A stretch of DNA of 64,000 nucleotides from Macrostomum lignano (GCA_002269645.1 NIVC01003414.1:35110-99109); one strand, 5' to 3'; positions 10,853 through 23,019 are shown, counted from the stretch's first letter. Translations and numbers: made by a program. The notes: generated from the sequence alone by a model not told the origin.

Positions 10853-12640
10853 CAGTTCGACTCGGCACGGATGATGTGGCCTGCCAGCTGGAGTCGCCGA
10901 CGGCGCAGCAGGTCGCTTGGACGGACCAGGCCGGCGCGGCGATACAAAGCCGCGTTGGTCACTCGCTTGTCGCCGATCTTGAAGGCGGCGCGCAGCAGGC
11001 CAGCGTGCGCCGCGTCAACTTGCTGCTCGAGCGACTCCGTCAGCGACTCAGCGTCCAGGTCTCGGCGTTGTACAGCAGGACGGTTTCGATCACCGCCTGG
11101 AACAACGCCGCCCTCTGGCGGTCAGGTAAGGCCTCGGACTGCAGGGCTGCCCTCACAGAACGAAAGGCAGCCCAGGCAAGCCCGCGGCGACGCCGCAAAT
11201 CCTCGCGGACACCGGGAACTAGATTGCCGAGGTAGACGAACTGCTGACAACGCGGAAGCTCTGTCGCCTGTCCATCAGTGCCTCGGCACAAAATCGCTGC
11301 CTCGATGTCGTCTGGCACGCAGAGCACGATGGTCTTCTGCGTGTTGACCACCAGGCCGACACTCGCCGCAACATCATTTAGCTTGTCCAGTTGTCGCTGG
11401 GCGCCCTCGACAGTTGAGGACAGCAAGGCGAGGTCGTCGGCGTAGCCAAGCACGCTGAGCCGCCTCTCCGGTTGACGTCGACCGACGCGTCGCCGCAACA
11501 GAAAGCCGTCATCGTTGGTAGGAAGAGCGGTCCGCAGCACCCAGTCAAGCACCAGAACGAACAGGAACGGCGCAAGCGTTTCTCCCTGAAGCACCCCGGA
11601 AAATGTCTCAAAGAAGTCCGATAGGCCGTCTGGTGTTGAAACAGCAGCTTTCGTATCACGGTACATCGCCATGATGGCGGAATTCAGCTGCTCTGGCACG
11701 TTGTACGCACGGAGCACCTTTGGGAGCACAGACCTGACGACCGAGTCGAATGCCTTCTTGAAATCTATAAAGATAACAATCAGGATCGACTGACGTATCC
11801 GTGCTTTCTCGATGACTCGCCGAAGAGCCAGGATCTGCGTCACAGTGCCGCGATGGGGCCGGAAGCCGTTCTGCTCAGGACGCAGGTACGGATCCAGCAC
11901 GGGCTGCAACCGCGATAACAGCAACCGGTTGAACAGCTACGCAGCACAGGACTGCAGACAGATGCCTTGGTGCTTCTCAAGCCTCGTGGTGCCCGGCTTC
12001 TTTGGAACTGCGACGATGTGCGCCGTGCGGCCGTGGTCCATTCGTTGGGTGCCGCCTCACTGAAAAGTACGCAGTTCATCACTCTAGCGACCCCACTGGC
12101 CACACAGTGGATGCGCAGCGCCTCGATGGGCACCTCGTCCGGACCCAGCGCTTTCCCGCCCGGTGACTGTTGGGCGAACCTCACAACGTCGGCTGTGCTG
12201 ACTGGCGCTAGGCTGAAGCTCTCCTTTGCCGGCAACGACATCTCCGGCGGCAGCGTCAGATTGTCTGGCAGCGGGGGTGGCGGCGCATTGACAACGGCGT
12301 CGAAGAACTCACGCAGCTCGTTCCTGCGCTCGTCCGCAGAGTCGCCTGCCAGGTTTAGCGGAATGCGCCGCTTTCGCCCTGTCAGAGCATTGATAGCCGA
12401 CCAGGCCACGCGGCCTCTGGTATCGGGCCCAGCAGCAGAGCCTCCTCTGCCTCGCGTGTTGGTCGCCTGCTCAAACGGTGTCTCTCCAGCTCTTCCCTCG
12501 CTTGCCAAATTGCGGGGTCGGCTCGCCATACTGGCTGCTCTCTCTAGGCTGGTCGCATTAGCAGGACTGCTTGTTCCGCGGTGGCTCAAACTGCAGTGCA
12601 TACCTCCGCGTACTAAGCACCTCCACGCTTGCCACCAAGT
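10853..12640 (-). pseudogene. Frameshifted reverse transcriptase ORF of the RTE-like element
   Basis: ORFs 11840-12601 and 11040-11924 are in different frames. The C-terminal part continues in another frame (LEQQVDAAHAGLLRAAFKIG...AGHIIRAESNCPEP) and resumes at 10449 (VQEVLLLTLQAPYRRG). Confidence 0.85.
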
Positions 12641-15425
12641 GCAGTGATAAAAGTGCTAGCAAAGTGGCTGTGCATGTTGGCGTCCCTGAACGCGCAGTAG
12701 TAGCACCATGGTGGCCACTTCGGCAGACGGTGGTAAAGCAATAGAAATGAATAAATTTTGCTAGTAGCTTTTAAGAAGGGAACTCTAAAGTCCCTAGGGT
12801 CAGGTGTTCAAGCAATACAAGTTTAGACATTCTTCTTATATATTAAGGTAATTAAATGAGACACTATTAATAAGTAATAAGTTCAATTATTGATATCTAA
12901 GTTCTAGGTTATAGCCTAGGGATATTAACTATGGATATTCATAGTACGAGCGCTCGTAGTTAGACTATTATGAGAAAAATCTAGGTACACCTATGGATTG
13001 GATATAGATTAGGTCAAAGAAAAAAAACTTGTAGTAGTGAAACCCAATGGCAGTTATGCCTTACTGAAACTTTTTATTTTATCTATTATTTCATTTTAAT
13101 ATATTTTATTAAATTACAAAATTGCAACTTATAAATTTATTTTTTCATATTAGACTTTATAGTCTATAAAATGGCAATGGAAATATAGTAAAAGCTTATG
13201 AGATACTAACAAATAATATTGAGTATTAATGCCGAATGGGATGATCACTATATATATAATATAGTATATATGTTAATGAAATTCTAGTTTAAAAATTAAA
13301 ATAGGCTTACTAGATTAGCAATAGCTTTTTCAATAATTTTAAAGTGACTGTTTGAAAATCATTCAGAAGGATAATGCAACAAACAAAAATCATACTCATA
13401 ACTTCTGCTTTAAAGCATTGCCATCAGGCTTCTAAATTTTACTTAAAAAATCAGGCCTACATCATCCATACTTAATGCATTTTCAAGTTTTCAATATAGA
13501 AAGCCTGGATTAAATATAGCTTAATTAGCAAAGTAGCTAACTACTTTGTGCTTGCTTTATGCTTTGGAGCTAGGAGGCTAGAAAATTGGTCTTTACTTTA
13601 GGTAAGGTGATGACAACTGAATAAATTGAATTTAAATAAATCAGTAGACGATTCAGATGAGATGAGGTTGGCATGTAGTGTTATACTATAAGGGTCAAAT
13701 TACTTTGATTTATCGATTCAGCATTTAGACGTTAAAGAATTTATACAGCCTTTGAAATAATTGGCACACGGATATGTAGTTGAACAACAGTTAACAAGGA
13801 TCTAAAAATTGGCATCGTCTCCTTGAATTAAAAATTCCCCATGAATATGAAAATATTAAATTCACATTTTTACCCAAAGCAAAGCAATAAATCGTAACTT
13901 TTACATGATATTTTATGGATTTACGTTGATTTTATCCCTCATATAAATGAGAACTGTGAATTTTTGTTTAAACTGCTGAAAGGCGCATGCGGGCTCACGC
14001 AATGGTCTTTTTAGAGTTCCAGTATCTGGACTTAGTCTCGGACTTTTGAGAGCGCAAAAAATATAATAAAAATGAAGGTCACTTTAGAACAAGAAGCCGA
14101 CCTCTTCCCCAGGAGTTGTGCTGGGTGAAGATGAATCGGTAGCTAAGCTATAGTGCTACATGTAACATAAAAAAATACAATTTGGCTACATAGTACACAT
14201 GTACAAGCATGTGTATAGGTTGGATTGACAGACATTGACAGTCATGGTAGATGTATCATATGTCTACTGCAAATGCGGTGCTGTACAATAGTTAGGAAAA
14301 CTTTGAAGAATTTTTTAGGCTTTGTTGGGTCAAAAATACAATTGTATGATCGACTTGGGAATTAAAAATGTGCACAATTGCATTATATACATGTACCTCA
14401 CATGTACATATGTACATGTAAATGTAGTTGACGTAAACATACAAATGCAATTGTATTTTTAAACACACGTATATTTTTCGGCACAAAATAGCAATACAAC
14501 AACAACATATATAGTCCCTAGAAGACAATTGACTTCCCTAGACTCCTATCATGGATAAATCATCCATGATCCATGCATGAGGCCATCCATGGATCATCCC
14601 TGAACATGTATGGACACATGGCTGTTCATAGATGGAACCATACATGTTTATGGATGGTTCCATAGATGTTCATACGTGGGAGTTTTCATGCATGGTCATC
14701 CATGGACATTAAAAACTAGTAAATGTATCTTACTGCACTACTTTCAGTAGCCCATGACGATTTTTTGATGCATTGCCATTGACACGTTTAGTGTGAACTT
14801 TTTATGAGTAAGAGTAACTTATTCCCACATTTCTTCCAAGCGGATTAGAAGTTTTAATTTCAGGTTGCATTTACATGTAAGACATCTTTGGAGAAAAATC
14901 AGACCTTCCTCTAAACAGCAATTTGCAACCAGGCTTGAGCTAATAAATTTCCAAAAAAATGACATTTTAAGGCAAAAATGCAGCATACATGTAAGTTGTA
15001 CAATTTCTTTTAAAACATTTAAAGTAGATTATTAAAGAACGCACACGACTGCTTTTATTTATTTTAGCATAACAAATTGAAATAAAATAGTAAGACGCTT
15101 TAAACTTTAAACTGCCTTAGTCGTGCACACGCAGGCAAAAAATACAAGAAATAAATTACAAATCAAAGCAAAAAACGAAGAGAAATAAATAGCTCTAAGG
15201 ATGTCTATAAAAGTATTTTTACATTGGAACATTCTAGTCTCTAAACTTTCAGACTTTTAAAGCCACAAAGAGGCCGTGTTCGGGACTTGAGGTTGTCTAT
15301 TTTTAATCTAATATTCAATAGAAAAATTGAAAAAGGTACAGTAAAGTACGTAGCTGCTTTTTTATTCCTATTTTCATTTTGACATCCTATTTGCTCTAAA
15401 GGGTCGACATCCTGAGTGCTTGCAC

Positions 15426-17729
15426 TTAATCATGTTCAAATGCCCGGGCTAATGGGATAGCACAATAGCAGTCTTTTTTAAACAATGGAAGCGGTACCGC
15501 TATGCAAGGACGTTCGATTTCAATTAAATCGACAGTTTTTTCAAAACACTGAGAATTATTTGGCATAGTAATTAAAACAAAATAAAAAGACGAACACTTT
15601 TTATAAACAGAATACAGTGCTTGGCGCCATTCGAGCAAATCTTCTGGACAAGGATCAGATAGAAATGTAAAGTCGAAAAGAGAGCCAATTGGGTTAAATT
15701 CTTTAACTAGAGCTCGGTTAGGCATGACAAAGCGGATAATGGAACAAATTTGGCCAGACGATAAAACACAAAGATGATTGGAAGTAGATACATTTGAATT
15801 AAAAGTTGAAAAAAAGTAGCCATTAACGTAGGCCAATGTGCTTTTTAAAATTCCATTCGACCGGGATGGTTCTAACGCAATTGAGTTATAAGCTTCTAAG
15901 ATACTCGCATCCTGAACTTCTGAAAAAAGATGATGCAGTTCCTTCTGGTATAAAAACTTGCTAACAAGTTGGGAACCAAATGAAACTGTTCCACACAAAA
16001 ACTTTTTGAACATGCCCATTGCACTCTCAAAGGCGAACATCGAGTAACCAAAAACAGGACCAAGCATACTATACTGTTCGCCCATATGTAGAAGTAAATG
16101 AAAGTTGAGGCGAAGAATCTTTGGACCAAAGATATTTTGAGCATTTAAAAGAAAGTACTTTGACAGCATCTCTATATCGACTTTGTCGGATTGGACATTA
16201 TACAGCAAATGGTACAGAAGTACTAAATTTGTTACTAAGAGCTTAGTTGGAAGATGCGACGCTCTCTGCACTAAAGTAGGAAAACAGAAATAAAGTGCAA
16301 AATTTTTATAATGCTTTGCCTTCCAGTCGGAGAGGGTTCGAACTTTTGACTGAATACTAATGCTCGGTGGTATAATCGAATCGCGAATACAAGAGGACAC
16401 AAAGTCCGAACAACTAGAAGAACAGAAATATGGCTCGTGCCGGTTTGAAGGAGAGAAAATCTCTTCGAGCAAAAACTTAATTTGGCCTTCGAATAAACAG
16501 TGTAGACTATCAATTGGGTTACAATTAGGAAAGGAAATAATGTCCAACAGGCAACTGCGACTCTTAACACCAAAAACAGGCTTTTTACGAATTTCTGCTA
16601 GACGGCAGTGCTCAATATGAGTAGTCATAGTCCGTAAAGGAAATATGTGCGCTTCGCTAAAGCGGAATACCCAGTTCTTGCCTTTCTCAGATACTTTAAT
16701 GCTTTCCCCCGGGTGCAGACATTTAGGGCAGCTAAACGCTCCATTAAATTGGTGAATACAAAATAGCTTAGCTAGCGCAGGTAAGTCGCAGACTAACAAA
16801 GTACAATGAACAAAAACATTATATTCCAAAAATACAAATTGCTTTGGTAAGCTTTTCACGATTTCGGGCAAAAAAACCTGAAAATGTGGAATAGCCTTTG
16901 CAGCGACAAGAGCAAGAAGAATGAGATTTGAGAACTTCTGTCGAATGTGCACAGGGAGATTTAATATCTGCGCTTGAAATGGCCAAAAGCTACTTTTAGC
17001 ATTGTCAAAAAAATTAGCTCCATCGGCAGAGACAAGTAGATGCAAGTGAATTGATTTATTAGAACTTCGCTGTAAATTTTGATCCGACACAATTTTTGAA
17101 TTCAGAACGTCAGAATTGCTACTGGTCTGTAATTTCTGTTCATAGTTAAGAATAGTTGTAAGATGTTTAGTCAAGATTGATCGCAGCTGTGGGACGATAT
17201 TTAGCAGTGTTACAATCGACTTTGCCTTTGGTTGATGAATATTACACTGGGCTTTGCATTCACTGCAAAAAAGAAGCTCAGAGACACAACTGTCATCAAG
17301 ACTGCAAGCTTCTTTAAGCCTGGACTTTAACACCTTTACGCTAGGTGGGATATTTTGATTAGATCTTTTAGTAAGGATCAAAATAAGCTTAAGCAGCCTA
17401 TCTAGCGCAGCTTCAGAAACTCCAGACGTAATAGCCCACTGGTAAATTAATGCAGCCTGCACACATGGATCGTCTAAAGCTGAAAAATTCGGCAGATGAC
17501 TCAATTCTTCCTCAAACTCTATATTGCCTGCATCAGGATTAGCAGGACCGGAACTACTAAAGCCCTCTGGTTGGGGTTGAGCTTCCAATACATTAGCGCT
17601 AGGAATTTGATTTAAAGAGCTGCTACTTGATGAGCTGTTGGAATGAGAATCTGAAGACAATATTTGGCAGGAGTAAGCCGAATAGTCAGTTGACAGGGAT
17701 GCTTCAGATTCAGTGGACGTGTCAGACAT
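15426..17729 (-). CDS. EnSpm/CACTA-type DDE transposase, 767 aa, intronless and uninterrupted
   Basis: CxxC at FCSEC. Motifs SADG..F...KSSFWP, VCDLPA, NGAFSCPKC, IDSLHCLFEG, KAKHYKNF and NFHLLLH...LGP...SMFAFES are characteristic of Transposase_21/DUF4218-type proteins. Confidence 0.9.
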   Translation of the reverse strand: MSDTSTESEASLSTDYSAYSCQILSSDSHSNSSSSSSSLNQIPSANVLEAQPQPEGFSSSGPANPDAGNIEFEEELSHLPNFSALDDPCVQAALIYQWAITSGVSEAALDRLLKLILILTKRSNQNIPPSVKVLKSRLKEACSLDDSCVSELLFCSECKAQCNIHQPKAKSIVTLLNIVPQLRSILTKHLTTILNYEQKLQTSSNSDVLNSKIVSDQNLQRSSNKSIHLHLLVSADGANFFDNAKSSFWPFQAQILNLPVHIRQKFSNLILLALVAAKAIPHFQVFLPEIVKSLPKQFVFLEYNVFVHCTLLVCDLPALAKLFCIHQFNGAFSCPKCLHPGESIKVSEKGKNWVFRFSEAHIFPLRTMTTHIEHCRLAEIRKKPVFGVKSRSCLLDIISFPNCNPIDSLHCLFEGQIKFLLEEIFSPSNRHEPYFCSSSCSDFVSSCIRDSIIPPSISIQSKVRTLSDWKAKHYKNFALYFCFPTLVQRASHLPTKLLVTNLVLLYHLLYNVQSDKVDIEMLSKYFLLNAQNIFGPKILRLNFHLLLHMGEQYSMLGPVFGYSMFAFESAMGMFKKFLCGTVSFGSQLVSKFLYQKELHHLFSEVQDASILEAYNSIALEPSRSNGILKSTLAYVNGYFFSTFNSNVSTSNHLCVLSSGQICSIIRFVMPNRALVKEFNPIGSLFDFTFLSDPCPEDLLEWRQALYSVYKKCSSFYFVLITMPNNSQCFEKTVDLIEIERPCIAVPLPLFKKDCYCAIPLARAFEHD

Positions 17730-17923
17730 TGTTATAAGTTATAAATTATAAATTATACATTCAACTTAAATTATTTAGATTAAAATTATGTGAATTAAAT
17801 TAAGTGATAAAATTATAAAAATTCTAAATAAATTTAAATATTAAAATTATGGATTACCTTTAAAAAAACTGACACAGGTATAAAAGTAATTTGCTACAAC
17901 AATATTGACTCTTGATAATATCG

Positions 17924-19902
17924 TCAGGATATCGAGGCTGCCGACGCCGAACGCTTCTGAGCACGCGTTTCTTCTCTAGCCAGTTGATTAAGGTGCTCTC
18001 GTACAGACTTCCAGATTTCAGTGAAGTCAAACCCAGATGTTCTGTAGCACAGGAGGATCAGACCTGGAATGTAAGATAAAGGGAAAATTTAATGTATTTT
18101 ATTGAGCATTAGGTTAAATAAAATACTAGCTTAATGCATTAATGGTTTCTTTCTAAATTATCTGAAATTAATTATTTTTATTGACTATCCATCTTCATCT
18201 GCTACAATGACATTAAACTTAGTGTTCTACTACCCTATGAAAATTTACAGTGACCAAAAGGTTATCCAAATCATTCATTTTAAAGAAATCCTAAGCTTCA
18301 AGATTAGGTAAAATAAAATATGCAAAAAAGCAAATTGGACAGTGGAAATTTACGTTGGAATTCAGCCACATGCTCTGCTGGAGCTGGTCTTCGAGCACTG
18401 CGACGACCAGAGGCTGAGTCAATAATGTGCTCCATCAAATAGCCATCACCAAATCTGAGCCTAATGTAGCGCTTGATAAATTGCTTTGGGTCATTGCACA
18501 GAATTGAGGACAGTGATGCCAAAGATCCGTCAACACATCGGAAGTCCTATAAATTAGGAATTTAGGTGTAAGGACACAATGTTAATCTACCTTGCTAAGA
18601 ATGAAAGTTACATCATCAGATTTGAAAAGAATAACCTCATCTGCATATTCCTTTATTGTTAATGTACCACTAAAGGCAGTATCCTTTTTTAGGAGCCGGC
18701 TTATTCTAGCAGTGAGACGCTTCTCAAGAGCTATCATCTCTGAGTGGATGAATTCCTTGATGCCTATAATTATTCAATAAATAATGTTTTTACTACATCT
18801 TGTACATAATAATTTCAGAAATAACAGAAATTAAAGCTAAAATTTACCTTGCATAGAGGTATCAGGTTGTGTTTCCATGGCATGGCTTTGCTCCTGATCA
18901 ACACCTTAAATCAATTGACAAAAGTATTAACTCAGTAATACTGGATAAAAGATCTCTACATCAGGATACAATTCTGTCAAAATCAATAGTGACATATTTT
19001 CTAATATAAAGGCAATTTTTTTATTTCAAAATTTTGAAATTGGATCAAAAAGAAGACAAGCATATACTAACTTGAGTTCAAATGACCTGTAGCACGTTCT
19101 TGCTCTGCCTGTACAGTGGAAGCTTCCTTTTCAAAGGCAGAAATCACTTTATCTAAAATGTATATAAATTTGTACAAAGTAGCACATTTTCTATAGAAAA
19201 AGCATTATTCATATGCTTATCATATTTAAGATACTTAGGTAAATTATCATCAGTTACCATTTGGATTTGGAACAGCGAAATATTGGGCTTCCTCATCTTC
19301 ATTATCTTCACACTCAATATTGTGATTATAAAGCTCCTGTAGCAAGTCACGGCTATTGCTGCCTTGGCATGAGCTAACTGCTGAACTTGCTAATTGTGGT
19401 TGTTGTTGTTGCCGATCTGTTGCTTTTGCAATGGTACTTTGGCTGTTACTTGCTCCTAGAAGAGCAATGGCTTGGTCAACTAATGAGTCAGTGTTTTCAG
19501 CCTCACTGACCAAAGACGACAATTCTCTCATTGCAGCAGCAATTTGCCGCTCATTTCCTTTAGCAATAAGAGTTGCAGAGTATAACCTAGCATACATACG
19601 AAGAAAGACCTTGTCACCCTAAAAAGTTAAATATATAGACATTTTTTAAATTGTTTCAAACATTAAATTATTTCAATTAGATTTAATATTAATTTTTTAA
19701 TTATAAAAATTACTTGTGCCAATTTAATCTTGTCATCATCAGTCATGTCCCTTGGCCAATATGGTGACCCAAATGCAATAGTAGTATACTTCTCATTACT
19801 TGCAGCTCCATCAAGAATAAAACAAAAAAATGTTGATGAGTAGTCTAGATTGAATCGAGAAGTTGATTTTGAAGACTTACGAAGGCTTCTTTCAATGCTC
19901 AT
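17924..19902 (-). CDS. Transposon accessory protein (392 aa) with a C-terminal BEN-like domain; exons 19902-19714, 19618-19258, 19152-19087, 18904-18848, 18763-18591, 18546-18354, 18063-17924
   Basis: All six introns are GT-AG and the phases (0,1,1,1,0,1) give one open frame of 1179 nt. The C-terminus FIKRYIRLRFGDGYLMEHIIDSASGRRSARRPAPAEHVAEFQRLILLCYRTSGFDFTEIWKSVREHLNQLAREETR follows the BEN pattern by eye. Confidence 0.78.
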
Positions 19903-20428
19903 GATTAAAAATTTGGATTGGCTAGAAAGATTGTATATATCTGTAAATGAGAAAGTAAGATATATTTAAAAATTTATAACTGTTTTAAGTAAACATAGTA
20001 CAGAAACATAAAAAATATTATATCAATCAGTTAAATATTTTCATATAATGTTTTATATTTTATTTGTGTTTTTAACATAGAATAAATAAATAGATCTAAA
20101 AAGTTTTAACTAGAACTTATTTAGTTCTAATATATAACCATTAAATCTTATTAGTCTTATCATTTTAGTTAGTTGAATATAGAAAAATAACAATGCTAGA
20201 AAATTTTAATACTAATTTTTGAACAAATGAAACAAAACAGTTCTTTAAACCATAGCCTAGAAGTCTTAAAAATACTATAGTATTACATAGCTAAGACTAG
20301 TTATAAAAGTAGGCCTAAAGGTACAAGACCAAGACTGCAACAGTAAGCCTGTTATACTTAAACAAAAAGACAGTTTTATTTGTCAAGTCTGATAATTGAA
20401 AGTACAAGTACAAGTAACAAAGCCTAGC

Positions 20429-20975
20429 CAAGGGTGGATCTAGAAGGGGGGCCAAGAAGGCCATGGCCCCCCCTTAGCCGTAGCCAAAGAAATTTTGATC
20501 ATACTTTTTTGGCCTGCTACTATGCCACAGGTTTTTTTTGTGCGCAGAGTGTGCGTATGCACCCTAAATTTTAAAATCGCACCCTTAAATTAAAAAAGTA
20601 GGTGCAGTTTAGGTGCAGTCTTATAACCATTTTTCTTTAAAGGCTTAACCATGCTTAAGCTATTTTTCATGCACTGCCTTAAAATATGAAACAAAATAAC
20701 TCTTTAAATCCTATTAAGTCATATAGGCGATATAGCCTATGGCTATAGCCTTATGTAAGATATTAAAATATACATTCCCAGTTGTCTGAAACAAGACTCA
20801 AGAGAAATTACACTCTGAGCCTTAAAATTGCACCTTGAAATTTGGCACAAGGTGCGATTTTGCACCTTGTCTCTGGCAAAAAAACCCAGTATGCCAGGTC
20901 TACTTTCCAATATGGGGTTGTAGTGCTTGGTATAGCTTGCCCCCCACCCTCAAAAATTTTCTGGATCTGCGCCTG
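20429..20975. mobile_element. hAT-like MITE nested in the CMC element
   Basis: Ends CAAGGGTGGATCTAG / CTGGATCTGCGCCTG. 8-bp TSD AGCCTAGC (20421-20428) / GGCCTAGC (20976-20983) with one mismatch. Confidence 0.7.
20528..20889. mobile_element. Second MITE nested inside the 20429-20975 MITE
   Basis: Ends CAGGTTTTTTT / AAAAAAACCCAG. TATGCCA is duplicated at 20521-20527 and 20890-20896. Internal GCACC/GGTGC repeats. Confidence 0.65.
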
Positions 20976-21634
20976 GGCCTAGCTATTATTTTTTTATACA
21001 TAATTTAGTTGATATTAGATCTATCTATTGAATTTTACTGAAATAAACTATAGATAGTCCTTTTTAAATACATGATACACTAAGAAGGCCTAATACAACT
21101 TGAATTATAATGTGAGAAAAGGTAAGATAAAATAGGCCTAAATTCATTAATGCCTTAATGGTCTAATCTTATATTACTACCAAATTACTAAAAATTGACT
21201 TTTATTATGTATTATCTACTGGTAGTTACAAATAATTATTATCTACTGCATAAAGTATACGAAACTGTAATAGTCTGTCTTAGTTTCCGACTAGCCAAAA
21301 CCTGTAAGGTAGTGACATTAAAAAAATAAAACTTCGATTTACGCTATAGAATGGTTTGAACAATATATGTATTGCAGAAAAAAACAAAAATGTTGTCTAG
21401 AAAATTTAAAAGTCAGTAAAGTACTACCTTTTGTTTTTTCTCCATTGTTTTTTTAGAAGAATAGGGTATAAAGTAGCACATAAAAATTATTTTCAAAAGA
21501 AACATATGAACGTGCTTCCATCCATGATTAAATCATGGAGCAAAAAAAATACATCCATGAAAGTTTCATGGACATGCATGAAAATGACATGGATCATGGA
21601 TCATGGATGATTTATCCATGACTGGAGTCTAGGG

Positions 21635-22490
21635 TTGTTGATTCTCAGCAGATCTTGTCTATCTTCTTGGGTTGCTGCGCAATTAAGTAACTTGCAAGAA
21701 CGTGCAAGATCTTTGCTATAATAATACTTGAGTAAACTTACCAGATCTGGGCGACTTGCTACATCGTATAAGATCTTATCTTTTATGTCCATTTGTAGCT
21801 TCGAATCGCATATTTTCTTAAATTTATTGTCCCATTTTGTCATAAAATAAAATAAGTTCAGCTAGAACACTTAGCCAAATGAATGACAAAACAATTATTT
21901 ACCTCCCATCGTAGAAGATCCTGCAAGAACCGAGCAGATTGAGAAGATCTGCAACATATGACTGTTTTATTGCTCTGCATATGTACATGTATAAATTGTT
22001 CTCGAAGTACCTCAAGATTATAAATGTGTACGTATCATGTACATAAATTTGTAATATAATAATAAGATTTTCGTGAGATTCAATTTTTTGCGTACTACAC
22101 GGACATGTACATGCAAATGCAGATTTCACCTACCAAAAAATTATTGTACATATGTAACACACGTGCAGGCACACTTTCAATTTTTGCATGTCATGTATAT
22201 AGTTATGAGCGATCTTATCTGATCTGAGTATGAGTCTTGAGTCTGATCTGTTAATTGTTTTTTTAACAGGCTGGGTTTTTTAACAAACCTGCAACGGATG
22301 CAGTCAGCTGGTAAAATCTCTATACAGCTGTGCATCACAATTTTACCAGACACACAAATTACACAGTAAAATGCTCGACTTAACGTTGATCTTGTAAAAT
22401 AATGAAATAAAAATTGCTTATCTTTACCATGTGAGCACTTGATAAATGCCAAAAAATGCAGAGGTCGTCTCTACTTTCCTTAGTTGCCAT
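21635..22490 (-). pseudogene. Possible degenerate spliced gene of unknown function, interrupted near its 3' end by the CMC element
   Basis: Open segments 22177-22452 (Cys-rich), about 21900-21970 and 21637-21860, with plausible splice sites. Joining across the TT TSD reads DLLRINKSIVF-stop. No recognisable family. Confidence 0.3.
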
Positions 22491-22754
22491 GCCGACAATC
22501 TGTACTGCTGTTCAGAGCAGAAATCGACCCGTAGATTTTAAAAACCGCGGGCATAAAGGCTCGCGTCGCTCGCGTAATCTAATCTGCTGTAGCTAGCGGG
22601 GTTGCCTTCGAATTGGGACTCATGCTGAGTTGTTTGGGCATAATGTTTATAAATTGCTTAGCAAGATTTAAAACTTCAGCCGTCAACAACTGACTACAGA
22701 TCTTTTAAAGTTGTCTACTATATCTAGCTGAATTACTGTATCTACAAATTGTAA

Positions 22755-22913
22755 ATGTCGAAGTTAACTATTTTGTATCTGGCTGCAGCAGCACTGTTCT
22801 TCATAGCTGGCTGTACTGCTGAACAATACCGTAAGGCATCTATTTGACAGGCAATTTGCCTGTTTTGATTCCTTGTGTTGTCTGTCTGACTGTCTTAGTG
22901 TCTGTCTGTGCGT

Positions 22914-22948
<35 letters not shown>

Positions 22949-23019
22949 ACAGTCTGCCTGCCTGTCTGTCTGTCTTAGTGTCCATCTGTCTGTCTGTCTC
23001 TGTCTGTCCGTCTGTCTGC

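Larger units (their letters stand above)
10337..12731 (-). mobile_element. 5'-truncated non-LTR retrotransposon (RTE-like) with a (TTG)n 3' tail and a 12-bp TSD
   Basis: TSD GGTAAAGCAATA at 10325-10336 and 12732-12743. CAA repeats at 10337-10353. RT motifs QNGFRPHRG, QGETLAPFLF, YADD. No endonuclease domain in the retained part. Confidence 0.9.
14536..21634 (-). mobile_element. Full-length CMC/EnSpm (CACTA-like) DNA transposon, 7099 bp
   Basis: About 40-bp TIRs CCCTAGACTCC(TA/AG)TCATGGATAAATCATCCATGATCCATG fit the CMCWR terminal consensus. 2-bp TSD TT at 14534-14535 and 21635-21636. Subterminal TCCATG/CATGGA repeats at both ends. Encodes a transposase and an accessory gene. Confidence 0.92.
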
